A stretch of 64,000 nt of DNA from Pyrinomonadaceae bacterium (GTDB lineage: Bacteria > Acidobacteriota > Blastocatellia > Pyrinomonadales > Pyrinomonadaceae): assembly GCA_036382855.1 (NCBI GenBank), contig DASVPO010000009.1:197182-261181 (forward strand), read 5' to 3'. The translations under genes were made by a program, and so were the position numbers. Numbering within the stretch: position 1 is the stretch's first letter; each line of letters opens with the position of its first letter. Below the pieces are notes generated by a model. The model did no database searches. It saw only the letters and a program-made list of their open reading frames with translations, and was not told where the DNA came from. Below, piece after piece: positions 15,407-24,225 of this stretch.

Positions 15407-17454
15407 GTCGTTCGTTCTCCATCCGATGGAATAGCCGCGGGCAGCGAAATCGTGAAGGTCGTGCCCTTCCCGATTACGGATTGAACCTCAAGGCGTCCGC
15501 CGTGCTCCGTTACAATACCATAACAGACGGCGAGGCCAAGCCCCGTGCCGCGCCCGACCTCTTTCGTGGTGAAAAACGGGTCAAAAATTTTCGTCAGATT
15601 TTCGGGCGCGATGCCGACGCCCGTATCGCTGATTTCTATTAGAACGTGATCGCCTTCGTTGCGCGCGCAGAGCGTCAGGCGTCCGCCATCGGGCATCGCG
15701 TCAATGGCGTTGGTTGAAAGCGCTATCACGGCCTGCTGTAATTGTCCCTCGTCGCCGGAAACTGTTGTCACATCCTTTGAGACTTCCGTCGTAATCTCTA
15801 CCTTAGCGCCGCGCTTTTGATGGGCCACTAACCGCGCCGCAGACTCTATCACGCCTGCAACATCAACCGGCGCGTGCTCGCCCACGCGCGCCCGGCTGAA
15901 ATCCAGAAGACCGTTCGTAATCGTCTTACAACGGAAAGCTTCGCTGCGAATCAGGCCCAGGTATTCCCTTAAATCTTCGGCTTCGGGCGAACTATCGAAC
16001 GCGCCCTCTCTGGCGCGCGATTCGAGGGCTTCGGCGCAGGCCGAAATCGTCGCCAACGGATTATTAATCTCGTGGACGACGCCCGCCGCCAAGCGACCCA
16101 CGGCCGCCAGTTTTTCGGCACGCGCGACGGCGCGATTGGCTTCGACGCGCGCCGTGATGTCTTCGCCGACCGTGATAACGTGTGACACCTCGCCGCCCTC
16201 AGCGCGCATCGGAACTTTGCTGACGAGCCAGTGATGAGTCGCGCCGCTTGCGTCGGTCGTCTCCTGCTCGATGCGTTCTATCGAGCCGCTTTCGAAGGCG
16301 CGCGCAAACTCTCTCTCCAGAATCTCGCGCCGCTGCCTCGTGAGCACCTGAAAGATATTGCGCCCGAGCACAGCCCCGCGCGGAATACCCTGCCCGCCCA
16401 ACTCGCGATTACGATTCCAAGCGACGATGCGATAATCACGGTCAACCGCATAGAGCGAGACGGGAAGACTATCAATAATCGCCTCCGTTAAGCGTCGCTG
16501 CGCTTCGACCTCGGCCGTTCGCCGCTCGACCTCTCTGGCAAGAGAGGCTGAGGATTCGCGTGCCGCTTCGTAGAGCAGCGAGATTTGTGCGGAGAGCGCG
16601 GCCTGCTGCGCAGCCGCATCAACCAGACGGCTCTCCGTTTCGCCGCAATCTTCGCGGCGGTCGAAAGCTGCCACGAGCGCGCCCTGCACGCGCCCGCCAA
16701 ACCTGAGCGGCGCGACATACTCAACCACGTGCGCCTCGTCCTTCAACAAAAACTTCGCAGGCTCATCAACAAGCTGCGAACCGGCAGCGCCCGGCGATGC
16801 CAGCCACTCCTTTAAGCGTTCGACCTGCATGAGGCCAGCGCCCTCTACGCTGCCCTCGCGGTCAAAGACACGAATCGCCAGTCCTTTATCGTTTTGACTG
16901 ACGGCGGCTGCGCAAAGAGCAGCGCCCGTGCCCTCGTAGGTCGCGCCCGCCACGCGCCTCACTACCTGATCAGGCTCCAGCGCGCGCAGCAGCCCGCGCC
17001 CTAAATCCGACAAAAATCTGAGTTCACGGTTGCTGCCGATTAAGGCCCACTCGCGCTGCGCACTTCCAAGGCGCGCACCGACACGCGAGATTAACTCACG
17101 CGCGCTCGAAGGCTTGACGATGTAATCGTCCGCCCCTGCGGCAAACGCCTCGACCTTCCGATTCTCGTCGTCGCTCGCGGAAAAGATGATGACGGGCAGT
17201 TGCCTCGTCGCTGCCTGCGCACGCAGCAGGCGACAGAGCGCGAGGCCGTCAATGCCGGGCATCGTGATGTCCAGAATGATTAAATCGCAGCCTTCTTTGT
17301 GCAGCAGCCTGAGCGCGCTCGGCGCATCAGAGGCAGCAATCACACGATTGCCCGCGCTCTCGAAGATACGACGCAAGGAACGCCGCGTGCCCGGTTCATC
17401 GTCAACGACGAGCAGCGTCAGACCTGTCGAATTAACATCGGATTGAGCGGGCAT
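15403..17454 (-). CDS. hybrid sensor histidine kinase (N-terminal REC, GAF-like, PAS, HisKA, HATPase)
   Basis: [17 protein letters not shown]...[44 protein letters not shown]-box [12 protein letters not shown]. ATPase [32 protein letters not shown]. Overlaps the regulator gene by 4 bp. Confidence 0.85.
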   Translation of the reverse strand: MPAQSDVNSTGLTLLVVDDEPGTRRSLRRIFESAGNRVIAASDAPSALRLLHKEGCDLIILDITMPGIDGLALCRLLRAQAATRQLPVIIFSASDDENRKVEAFAAGADDYIVKPSSARELISRVGARLGSAQREWALIGSNRELRFLSDLGRGLLRALEPDQVVRRVAGATYEGTGAALCAAAVSQNDKGLAIRVFDREGSVEGAGLMQVERLKEWLASPGAAGSQLVDEPAKFLLKDEAHVVEYVAPLRFGGRVQGALVAAFDRREDCGETESRLVDAAAQQAALSAQISLLYEAARESSASLAREVERRTAEVEAQRRLTEAIIDSLPVSLYAVDRDYRIVAWNRNRELGGQGIPRGAVLGRNIFQVLTRQRREILEREFARAFESGSIERIEQETTDASGATHHWLVSKVPMRAEGGEVSHVITVGEDITARVEANRAVARAEKLAAVGRLAAGVVHEINNPLATISACAEALESRAREGAFDSSPEAEDLREYLGLIRSEAFRCKTITNGLLDFSRARVGEHAPVDVAGVIESAARLVAHQKRGAKVEITTEVSKDVTTVSGDEGQLQQAVIALSTNAIDAMPDGGRLTLCARNEGDHVLIEISDTGVGIAPENLTKIFDPFFTTKEVGRGTGLGLAVCYGIVTEHGGRLEVQSVIGKGTTFTISLPAAIPSDGERTT

Positions 17455-17616
17455 GCAGTCTTCAGGCCACTAGAACGTCCGGCCCTGATAAGGAAAGAGC
17501 CGGACACAGGCACTCAAACGTCTCACGCGGCGACGGCAATCACAAAGGAGCCGCCCGCCGCGCATTCTCATCAATGATTGAAAGCGAAGCGAACGGCTTT
17601 GTCAAGAAGTAAAAAA

Positions 17617-17682
17617 AGTGATGAGTAATGAGTTAAGAGCATCTGCTTTTACTCATCACTCATTACTCATCACTCATCACTT
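17617..17682. repeat. heptamer-tandem hairpin element, family A
   Basis: Left arm AGTGATGAGTAATGAGT, loop TAAGAGCATCTGCTTTT, right arm ACTCATCACTCATTACTCATCACTCATCACTT. Starts 5 nt downstream of the stop of gene 17687..19672. Preceded on the plus strand by an A7 tract, which is a U-tract for the minus-strand transcript. Confidence 0.85.
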
Positions 17683-17686
17683 GCTT

Positions 17687-19672
17687 TTAATTGATTGCCG
17701 ATGAGGTGAGTTTGCCGGTCGTGATGTCAACGAGCGGGTCTATCTTGTCGCTGAGGGCTGTGCGGCGCTGTTCTTTGTGGGCCGACTTGGCTGTGTACAT
17801 GGCCTGGTCGGCTGCAATCAGGAGTTGGTCAAGGGTTTCGCCGTCGAGGCCGTAGGTGGCCGCGCCGACGCTGATGCCGACGCGTGCGTGATGCTCTGCG
17901 CGAACGTGCAGGGAGAAATTCTTGATACTGTTTTCGATACGCTCGCGCAGTTCTTCGACCTGCTGTCCTTCGAGGTCTTGAACGATGGCGACAAACTCGT
18001 CGCCCGCGTAGCGCGCCAGAAAATCGTACTCACGCATTTGCGCTTGCAGCAGCCGCGCAATCTCGCGCAGCATCTTGTCGCCTATTTTGTGGCCGAAGGT
18101 ATCGTTGACCTGCTTGAAATCATCGAGGTCGAGCATGATGACCTGAAAGGGACAGTTCTTGCGGCGTGCGCGCGACGCCTCCTGCTCGAAGCGCAGGTAC
18201 ATGGAGCGCGCGTTGGGCAGGCCGGTCAGCGGGTCTGTCATCGCGTTGGATTCCGCCTCCGCGTGATGCATCGCGTTAAAGAGCGCGTCGGAAGCAAGAC
18301 GCGTGACGGTTTCGAGTAGCCGCAGGTGGTCGTCAGTGTATTCGGCCAACTGCATAGAGTAGATGGAGAGAGCGCCGAGCAGCCGTTCGTCTTTGACGAG
18401 GGGGAGAGAAACCATCGAGCGATAATGATTGTCGGCGGCCAATTCCACATCTGCGAAATCGAGCCGCGGGTCAATGCGTGTGATCGAGCGGCGGTTGGCG
18501 AGGGCAAAGCCTGTCACGCCTTCGCCCGGCGCGATGCAGCGATTAAGGAGCGCGTCCGTATTCTTTCCGGCAACGTGGGCGGCCGTCGCGTAGCCCTTCA
18601 ACTCGTCGTAGAGATAGACGGCGCAGGTTTCGAAAGGCACAACGTGGCCCACCTTGTTGACGAGAATCGAAACAGTGTCTTCGATGTCGAGCGAAGAGCC
18701 AAACGTGCGTGCAATCTCGTAGAGAGCATAGACTTCGCGGTGCGCGTTCTTAATCTGGTCGTAAGCCATCGCCGCTATCTGCTCTTTGCTGCGCGGAACA
18801 TCAGCGAGCTTTAAGGTAGATGGCCCATCATCGCTCGTGCGGCTCGGCTGCGGCTGCGGCTCAAGGCCGAGCGCGGCTATCTCTTTCTCAAAGCGCGGCA
18901 GGTGTTTGATAAAGAGTTCGACGACCTTCGGGTCGTAGTGTGTGCCGCTGCCGCGCAGGAGCAAAGCGATTGCTTCCTCGCGCGTCAGGCCGCGACGGAA
19001 GGGGCGGTCTTCGCGTACGGAGTCGAAGCAATCAACGACGGTGATGATGCGCGCGGTGAGCGGAATCTCTTCGCCCTTCAGGCCATCAGGGTAGCCGAGG
19101 CCGTTCCACTGCTCGTGATGATGCAGGACGATTGGCAGCACAGGGTATGGAAAATCAACGCGGCTCAGAATCTCAGCCCCGACGGTCGTGTGCACTTTCA
19201 TGCGCTCGAATTCCTGCGTGGTGAGGCGGCCGGGGTTGTTCAGGATGTGGTCCGGGACGGCGAGTTTGCCAACGTCGTGCAGGAGCGCACCGGCCTTGAG
19301 AGCTTCTATCTCTTCGTCTGGAAGACAGAAGACCTTGCCCATCCCGGCCGCGTAGATTTGCACGCGGCGGACGTGGCAATGCGTCGTCTGGTCTCTGGCA
19401 TCAATGGCCGTGGCTAGCGCCTCTACGGTTGCCAGATGAAGACGGCTCATCTCGGAAGCTTCGCGCGTTTTTTCCGTGACGCGCTCAAAGTGGATTTTGT
19501 AGGCGACGGCTGCTCCCGTGATGAGCGGCGCGATGAGCACAACGTAAAGAAAACCGAATTTCGAGACGACTTCGTACACGAGAGCCGCCGCACACAGGGC
19601 TGCGACGATAAGCATCACAGGCCGGTAGAGCTTAGCCACAAAGTTATACTCAGACCTCTCCAGTAGTTTCAT
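17687..19672 (-). CDS. membrane-anchored c-di-GMP turnover protein: TM, HD-GYP phosphodiesterase, GAF, GGDEF diguanylate cyclase
   Basis: Two N-terminal TM helices. HD-GYP signature HDVGK...HHHEQWNGLGYPDG. GAF region. GGDEF block RYAGDEFVAIV with DPLTGLPN. Confidence 0.85.
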   Translation of the reverse strand: MKLLERSEYNFVAKLYRPVMLIVAALCAAALVYEVVSKFGFLYVVLIAPLITGAAVAYKIHFERVTEKTREASEMSRLHLATVEALATAIDARDQTTHCHVRRVQIYAAGMGKVFCLPDEEIEALKAGALLHDVGKLAVPDHILNNPGRLTTQEFERMKVHTTVGAEILSRVDFPYPVLPIVLHHHEQWNGLGYPDGLKGEEIPLTARIITVVDCFDSVREDRPFRRGLTREEAIALLLRGSGTHYDPKVVELFIKHLPRFEKEIAALGLEPQPQPSRTSDDGPSTLKLADVPRSKEQIAAMAYDQIKNAHREVYALYEIARTFGSSLDIEDTVSILVNKVGHVVPFETCAVYLYDELKGYATAAHVAGKNTDALLNRCIAPGEGVTGFALANRRSITRIDPRLDFADVELAADNHYRSMVSLPLVKDERLLGALSIYSMQLAEYTDDHLRLLETVTRLASDALFNAMHHAEAESNAMTDPLTGLPNARSMYLRFEQEASRARRKNCPFQVIMLDLDDFKQVNDTFGHKIGDKMLREIARLLQAQMREYDFLARYAGDEFVAIVQDLEGQQVEELRERIENSIKNFSLHVRAEHHARVGISVGAATYGLDGETLDQLLIAADQAMYTAKSAHKEQRRTALSDKIDPLVDITTGKLTSSAIN

Positions 19673-20451
19673 CCGCGATTCTCCGACCGCGTGCGCTCGA
19701 TACAGATTTCTCTCGCGCCGCGAGTCAGGTTGGTTAACGCTTACGTTTCGTAGCTGTGGTTAAAGGGCAATTGCGCGCGTCGGGTTTATGCACGAGCAGT
19801 TCCCGTTCGCTCTTCGCAGCGCAGGCCGTAGAGCGTTTGTTGGTTTCAATCTCTATCGTCTCAGCGAGGCTGAAGGGTTCGGTCAAGGCTCTGATGTACA
19901 CGCTCTCTCGCGCCTTTCTGCGATTAATGAAATCGCGCAAACTGTAAAAGAGTCCCACGTCCGAAAACGTCGCCGGGCAATGGCACGCTTTCGGACGCGG
20001 GACGGGGCAAGCGGCGAACCTGCTCTGTTGGCACTCGTTCGCCATTTGGGGTGAGATGCCTTTCGAGCCTCGCGCCCTTCTTTCCTCTTCGCACGATGAA
20101 AGCAGCGCTCCCGGCCCGGATTTCAAATTGGTGCGGCTGCGACGGACTCCGTGCGGAGAGTCCGCGAAACGCCTAAGCGCTTCGAGCCGCACACAATCAC
20201 TTAACAACCCGCGTGCCGCTCTCTGCCGCAACACGCTCGGACAAGTTAACTTCTTAAATCACAGCACTTAACTTTATAGACGCCTCGTGCATGCGCCGCT
20301 CGGTTGGCGTTGAATGGTCAATGTGACAGGTCAGGTTGATGTGGAGTCAGGCAATCTGCGCGAAGAGAGATTTGACAAGCAGATGCCGGTCAGGACTAAA
20401 TGTTCAAATAGAGAATGGTAAACAAACTGTCGCTCGCGGCGCGGCTTTTCG

Positions 20452-21849
20452 ATGGCTCGCAAGCGGAAGTTTATTAAAGGGCGAGGCAGCTTTCCTTTGA
20501 AGAAAACGGCGAGCGCAGACAAGCAGTTAAACTTACTGCGGCCCATCGGCTATCTTGAGTTGCTGCGGACGAATCGCAACTTCCGTCAACTCTGGCTGGG
20601 CCAGGTCGTTAGCCAACTGGGCGACTGGCTCGACACCATCGCGCTCTACACAATCGTCCTGCACCTGACCGGGTCTGGCCGCGCCGTCGGCTTCGTTTTA
20701 GTCGCGCGCTTTCTTCCGACGTTTATCATTGGCCCACTCTCCGGCGTCCTCGCAGACCGTTTTAGCCGTCGCTCGATAATGATTGCTTCAGACCTTCTGC
20801 GCGCCGTCGTCGTCCTGGGCTTTCTACTCGTCCGCACGCCGGAAGACCTCTGGCTGGTTTACGTCCTGACAGTGCTGCAACTCGCGCTCTCGACCTTCTT
20901 CGAGCCAGCAAAATCGGCGGCCATTACTTCCATTGTCTCGACGCGCGAGCTTCTTCCGGCCAGCACCATCTCGTCGGCCACATGGTCTGCGATGCTCACG
21001 CTCGGCTCGGCCATCGGCGGAGAGGTCACGGGCTGGCTCGGCACAAACGGCGCTTTTATTCTGGATTCTCTAACATACCTCGTCTCGGCAGCGCTCATCG
21101 CCAGCGTGCGCTTACCGAAGCGCCCCGCGCGCGAGAAAAGCAGACTCACCATCGGCAAAGCGCTCGGCATCAACGACACGCTCGAAGGTGCGCGCTACGT
21201 CTGGCAGCGCCCGCGCCTCTTCGCCGCGTTGATGGTCAAGCCCGCTTGGGGTCTTGGCGGCGGCATCCTGACATTGCTGGCCGTCTTCGGTGAAAAGATT
21301 TACCCGGTCGGAGGCCAGACATCGCGCGGCATCGGCGTGCTCTACGCGGCACGCGGCATCGGCACGGCCATTGGCCCAATCGTCTTCCGCCGCTTCGCTG
21401 GCGAAACGCGCGAACGACTGCAAACCGCCATCGGTTTTTCGTTTCTCATCGGCGGACTCTTCTACATAGGCTTCGCCAGCGCCACCAACTTTACTCTCGC
21501 GCTCATCCTGCTAGCCATCGCACACGCGGGCGGCAGCACTCTCTGGGTCAACTCGACCGTGCTCTTGCAGTCGAGCGTGGAGGACAACTTTCGCGGGCGC
21601 GTCTTCGCCGCCGAGCTTGCTTTGCTGACGCTGACGATGGCTGCTTCTAACTACGCCACCGGCGAACTGCTAGACCGTTTCAACTATTCGCCAAGAGCCG
21701 TCACCATCGGCATCGGAATTCTCTTCATCATCCCCGGCCTCGTCTGGTTTGCGACTAAAAGATTCTGGGACTACGGGCAGGAGGAGACGCGACAGTCTGC
21801 GGAAGAAAAAACAGACATCGAAACCAGACCGGCGCGGGCCGCACAATAA
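20452..21849 (+). CDS. MFS transporter (EntS/MFS_3-like)
   Basis: 12-TM pattern. N-terminal LRTNRNFRQLWLGQVVSQLGDWL is typical of this MFS subfamily. Start may be slightly downstream. Confidence 0.75.
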   Translation: MARKRKFIKGRGSFPLKKTASADKQLNLLRPIGYLELLRTNRNFRQLWLGQVVSQLGDWLDTIALYTIVLHLTGSGRAVGFVLVARFLPTFIIGPLSGVLADRFSRRSIMIASDLLRAVVVLGFLLVRTPEDLWLVYVLTVLQLALSTFFEPAKSAAITSIVSTRELLPASTISSATWSAMLTLGSAIGGEVTGWLGTNGAFILDSLTYLVSAALIASVRLPKRPAREKSRLTIGKALGINDTLEGARYVWQRPRLFAALMVKPAWGLGGGILTLLAVFGEKIYPVGGQTSRGIGVLYAARGIGTAIGPIVFRRFAGETRERLQTAIGFSFLIGGLFYIGFASATNFTLALILLAIAHAGGSTLWVNSTVLLQSSVEDNFRGRVFAAELALLTLTMAASNYATGELLDRFNYSPRAVTIGIGILFIIPGLVWFATKRFWDYGQEETRQSAEEKTDIETRPARAAQ

Positions 21850-21870
21850 CGACGTTTCCTCTGGAGAAGC

Positions 21871-22527
21871 TTGAAAGTGAACTCTGACGATTTAATCATA
21901 GCCGAGCGCGCCAGCGCACAACTCACAGCCTCCGCACTGGACCACCACGACTGGAACAAAGCCCACGTCGTTCATCTAACACGATACTGGTCAGGCGCAG
22001 AAGCTCCACCCTCGCGGCATGCCGAAGCGCGAATCCTCTGGACTCCCTATGCTCTCTGCGTACGCTTCGTCTGCCAGCAGGATGAGCCGCTCATCGTCAG
22101 CGCCAATCCGCAAGTTGAACAAAAAACTCTGAAGCTGTGGGATAGAGATGTCTGCGAAATCTTCGTCGCGACGGACGCCGGGAAGCCCGACCGCTACCTC
22201 GAATTTGAAGCAGCGCCCACGGGCGAATGGCTCGACCTCGCGATTCAATTCACGGGTGATAAGCGGGAAACCGACTGGCACTTCGATTCCGGCATGACCA
22301 CCGCCGCACGCACCGGCGCGGGGCTGTTAACGATTGCGCTCTGCATTCCGTGGAAAGCCTTCGGACGTGCGCCGCAGGCAGGCGAACGCTGGCGCGTCAA
22401 TCTCTTTCGCTGCGTCGGCACAGATCCTAATCGCGGCTACCTCGCATGGCGACCGACCTACGCGCCGCAGCCAAACTTCCACGTTCCGTCCGTCTTCGGC
22501 TGGCTTGAATTCAAAGATGAAGCGTGA
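21871..22527 (+). CDS. hypothetical protein, possibly CBM9/DOMON-like beta-sandwich domain
   Basis: 218 aa. Weak resemblance to CBM9-like domains (WD..D.CEIFV, EFEAAP.GEWLDL). Not secure. Confidence 0.4.
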   Translation: MKVNSDDLIIAERASAQLTASALDHHDWNKAHVVHLTRYWSGAEAPPSRHAEARILWTPYALCVRFVCQQDEPLIVSANPQVEQKTLKLWDRDVCEIFVATDAGKPDRYLEFEAAPTGEWLDLAIQFTGDKRETDWHFDSGMTTAARTGAGLLTIALCIPWKAFGRAPQAGERWRVNLFRCVGTDPNRGYLAWRPTYAPQPNFHVPSVFGWLEFKDEA

Positions 22528-22646
22528 AGGCGGAACACTAATTTTCAACTTTCTTCACCGCACGAGCAGAGCGTTTAACTGCCGCAGCGATGAAATATGA
22601 GAGAGAAGCTGCTGCAACTGTCTGCGCGCTGGCGTGTGCACCGGCG

Positions 22647-23090
22647 TCATTCGCTTGTTAGCTTTTTGAGGTAGGCTTGGTAGCGCGCTTTGTCTCGTTC
22701 GCTCATCTGTTTGATTTGCACGCCGATGATGTAGCCTGTGTCTTTGGCGTCTTCATCGAGCGGGCTGTAGCGTGCGGGCGTGGCCTGTAGTTGTATGGGG
22801 CCACTCGGAAGTCTGAGTGTGATGTCCAGTATGCGATTCGGGCTGGTCAGATACTGGCCTCCGATGTGTACGGCAGGCATGATGAGTGCCAGCCCGGTTT
22901 CACTGATGTCGCGCGTATAGCCTGCGAGACGCAGCGGCGAGTTTTCAGACTGGGCCTTGCTTCCTGTTTCGCCAAGTGAAACGCTGAGGATGAGCGCGAC
23001 TTCGAGATGCGTCGCGTAGCGCGGCGCGGCGCGACGATTGCCAACGTGCTCGCGCAGGCGATTGACGATAGTGCGCAGGAGTTCCGGCAT
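22647..23090 (-). CDS. PilZ domain protein (c-di-GMP receptor)
   Basis: RRAAPRY (RxxxR) and DISETGLAL (DxSxxG) motifs. Confidence 0.65.
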   Translation of the reverse strand: MPELLRTIVNRLREHVGNRRAAPRYATHLEVALILSVSLGETGSKAQSENSPLRLAGYTRDISETGLALIMPAVHIGGQYLTSPNRILDITLRLPSGPIQLQATPARYSPLDEDAKDTGYIIGVQIKQMSERDKARYQAYLKKLTSE

Positions 23091-23308
23091 GGCCTTAACT
23101 TAACACAGAGCAGGCGCGAAAGGGTTAATCCTTTCGCCAGCTTAAAGACCAGAAGAGGGAAGGACTTAAATAAAGGAAGGAGTTGGCCCACCTTAAGCGT
23201 TATCCTTCCAAGCACTTTCCGAAGTTTGGTTCAAAGGAGAAACGGTCGGCGCTCTATCACGTTTTCCGTCAAGCTAAGATTGATTAACGGGGCGCACCTT
23301 CTGCCATG

Positions 23309-24118
23309 TCATTGCTTTTCGGAAACGACGAGGGGTTTGCCGCCGACATCAGCGCTCTTGATTCCTTTCTGGTCCATGTAGAAGGAGAGGCGGCCCGTGC
23401 GCCCGTAGCGCGCAGGTTCGGCGCTGACGGAGTAGCTTTTTGCGTCCTTGTCGAGCTTGATGGTGAAGCGATAGCCTGTGGATTCCGTGCCCTCAAGATC
23501 CTTCGGGACAAATCCGGCCGCGATGAGCGTCGGCAGATCTGCGAACATGTTTTTGTGCTGCGAGCTATAGGTCATCTGGGCCAGTTGAATACGCTGCAAC
23601 ATGTCCTTGACCTCACCCTCGTGGACATCTATCCGCGTCTTAAAGAAAAAATCTTTGCCGCTCTGTTTGACTAACTCGTAATCGCTTTTCTCGCCGACTA
23701 TCCACTGGCCGTCAACGCGCAAGAGCGGCACAGGCGCGGGCGGAGCATCGGCCGCATCGTCCGTCATCCTGACAAAGACGGTCGCGGTCTCGCCGCTCAT
23801 CTGCTCGCCCTTGACTTCAACCTTCTCCGCGCCCGCAGCCATCTTCTCGAAATCGGGCCGCAGTTCTTCAACCTCCGACGCGCTCAAGCCCTCAATCGCA
23901 GGCTTGTAGATGGACATCATCAACGCCTCGCGAAAACGTTTCTGGCTGAGCGCTCTGTAAAACTCGCGCACGGTTTCGACGGGCGTTTTCGCCTGCGTGT
24001 TCCGAGCCTGCGCGCCTCCGTAAGCGCACGAGACGAAGAGCAGCAGCGCGGCGAGCGAAATCGAGAGAGTGCGTGAAGCGGTCTGTTTGCGGTAAGTCAT
24101 AAAAAAATCCTGCCTCAA
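23309..24118 (-). CDS. hypothetical secreted protein
   Basis: Signal peptide MTYRKQTASRTLSISLAALLLFVSCAYGGAQA. Start more likely at the second Met. No family motif recognised. Confidence 0.5.
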   Translation of the reverse strand: MRQDFFMTYRKQTASRTLSISLAALLLFVSCAYGGAQARNTQAKTPVETVREFYRALSQKRFREALMMSIYKPAIEGLSASEVEELRPDFEKMAAGAEKVEVKGEQMSGETATVFVRMTDDAADAPPAPVPLLRVDGQWIVGEKSDYELVKQSGKDFFFKTRIDVHEGEVKDMLQRIQLAQMTYSSQHKNMFADLPTLIAAGFVPKDLEGTESTGYRFTIKLDKDAKSYSVSAEPARYGRTGRLSFYMDQKGIKSADVGGKPLVVSEKQ

Positions 24119-24128
24119 TTATTGAAAT

Positions 24129-24163
24129 GGCGGCGCGCTGTGTTTCCGGGACAGCCGCGCCGC
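24129..24163 (-). terminator. GC-rich hairpin downstream of the OPT transporter gene
   Basis: GGCGGCGCGCTGT...ACAGCCGCGCCGC imperfect stem. Followed on the minus strand by the AT-rich ATTTCAATAATT. Confidence 0.4.
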
Positions 24164-24225
24164 ACATTTTATAGAGGGGCGAATAACGAGAAACGTTGCC
24201 GCCCCGTAGTCGCTCTTTTATCTTG

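Noticed and set aside
19734-20234. 166-aa minus-strand ORF and possible structured ncRNA in the 780-bp intergenic region
   Set aside because: The ORF is Arg-rich and motif-free. By-eye comparison with RNase P, tmRNA, SRP RNA and GEMM riboswitch cores gave no match. I report it only as an unexplained structured region.
23127-23150. GCGAAAGGgttaatCCTTTCGC hairpin as a terminator
   Set aside because: A perfect 8-bp stem but no U-tract on either strand and a short stem, so it is not called.
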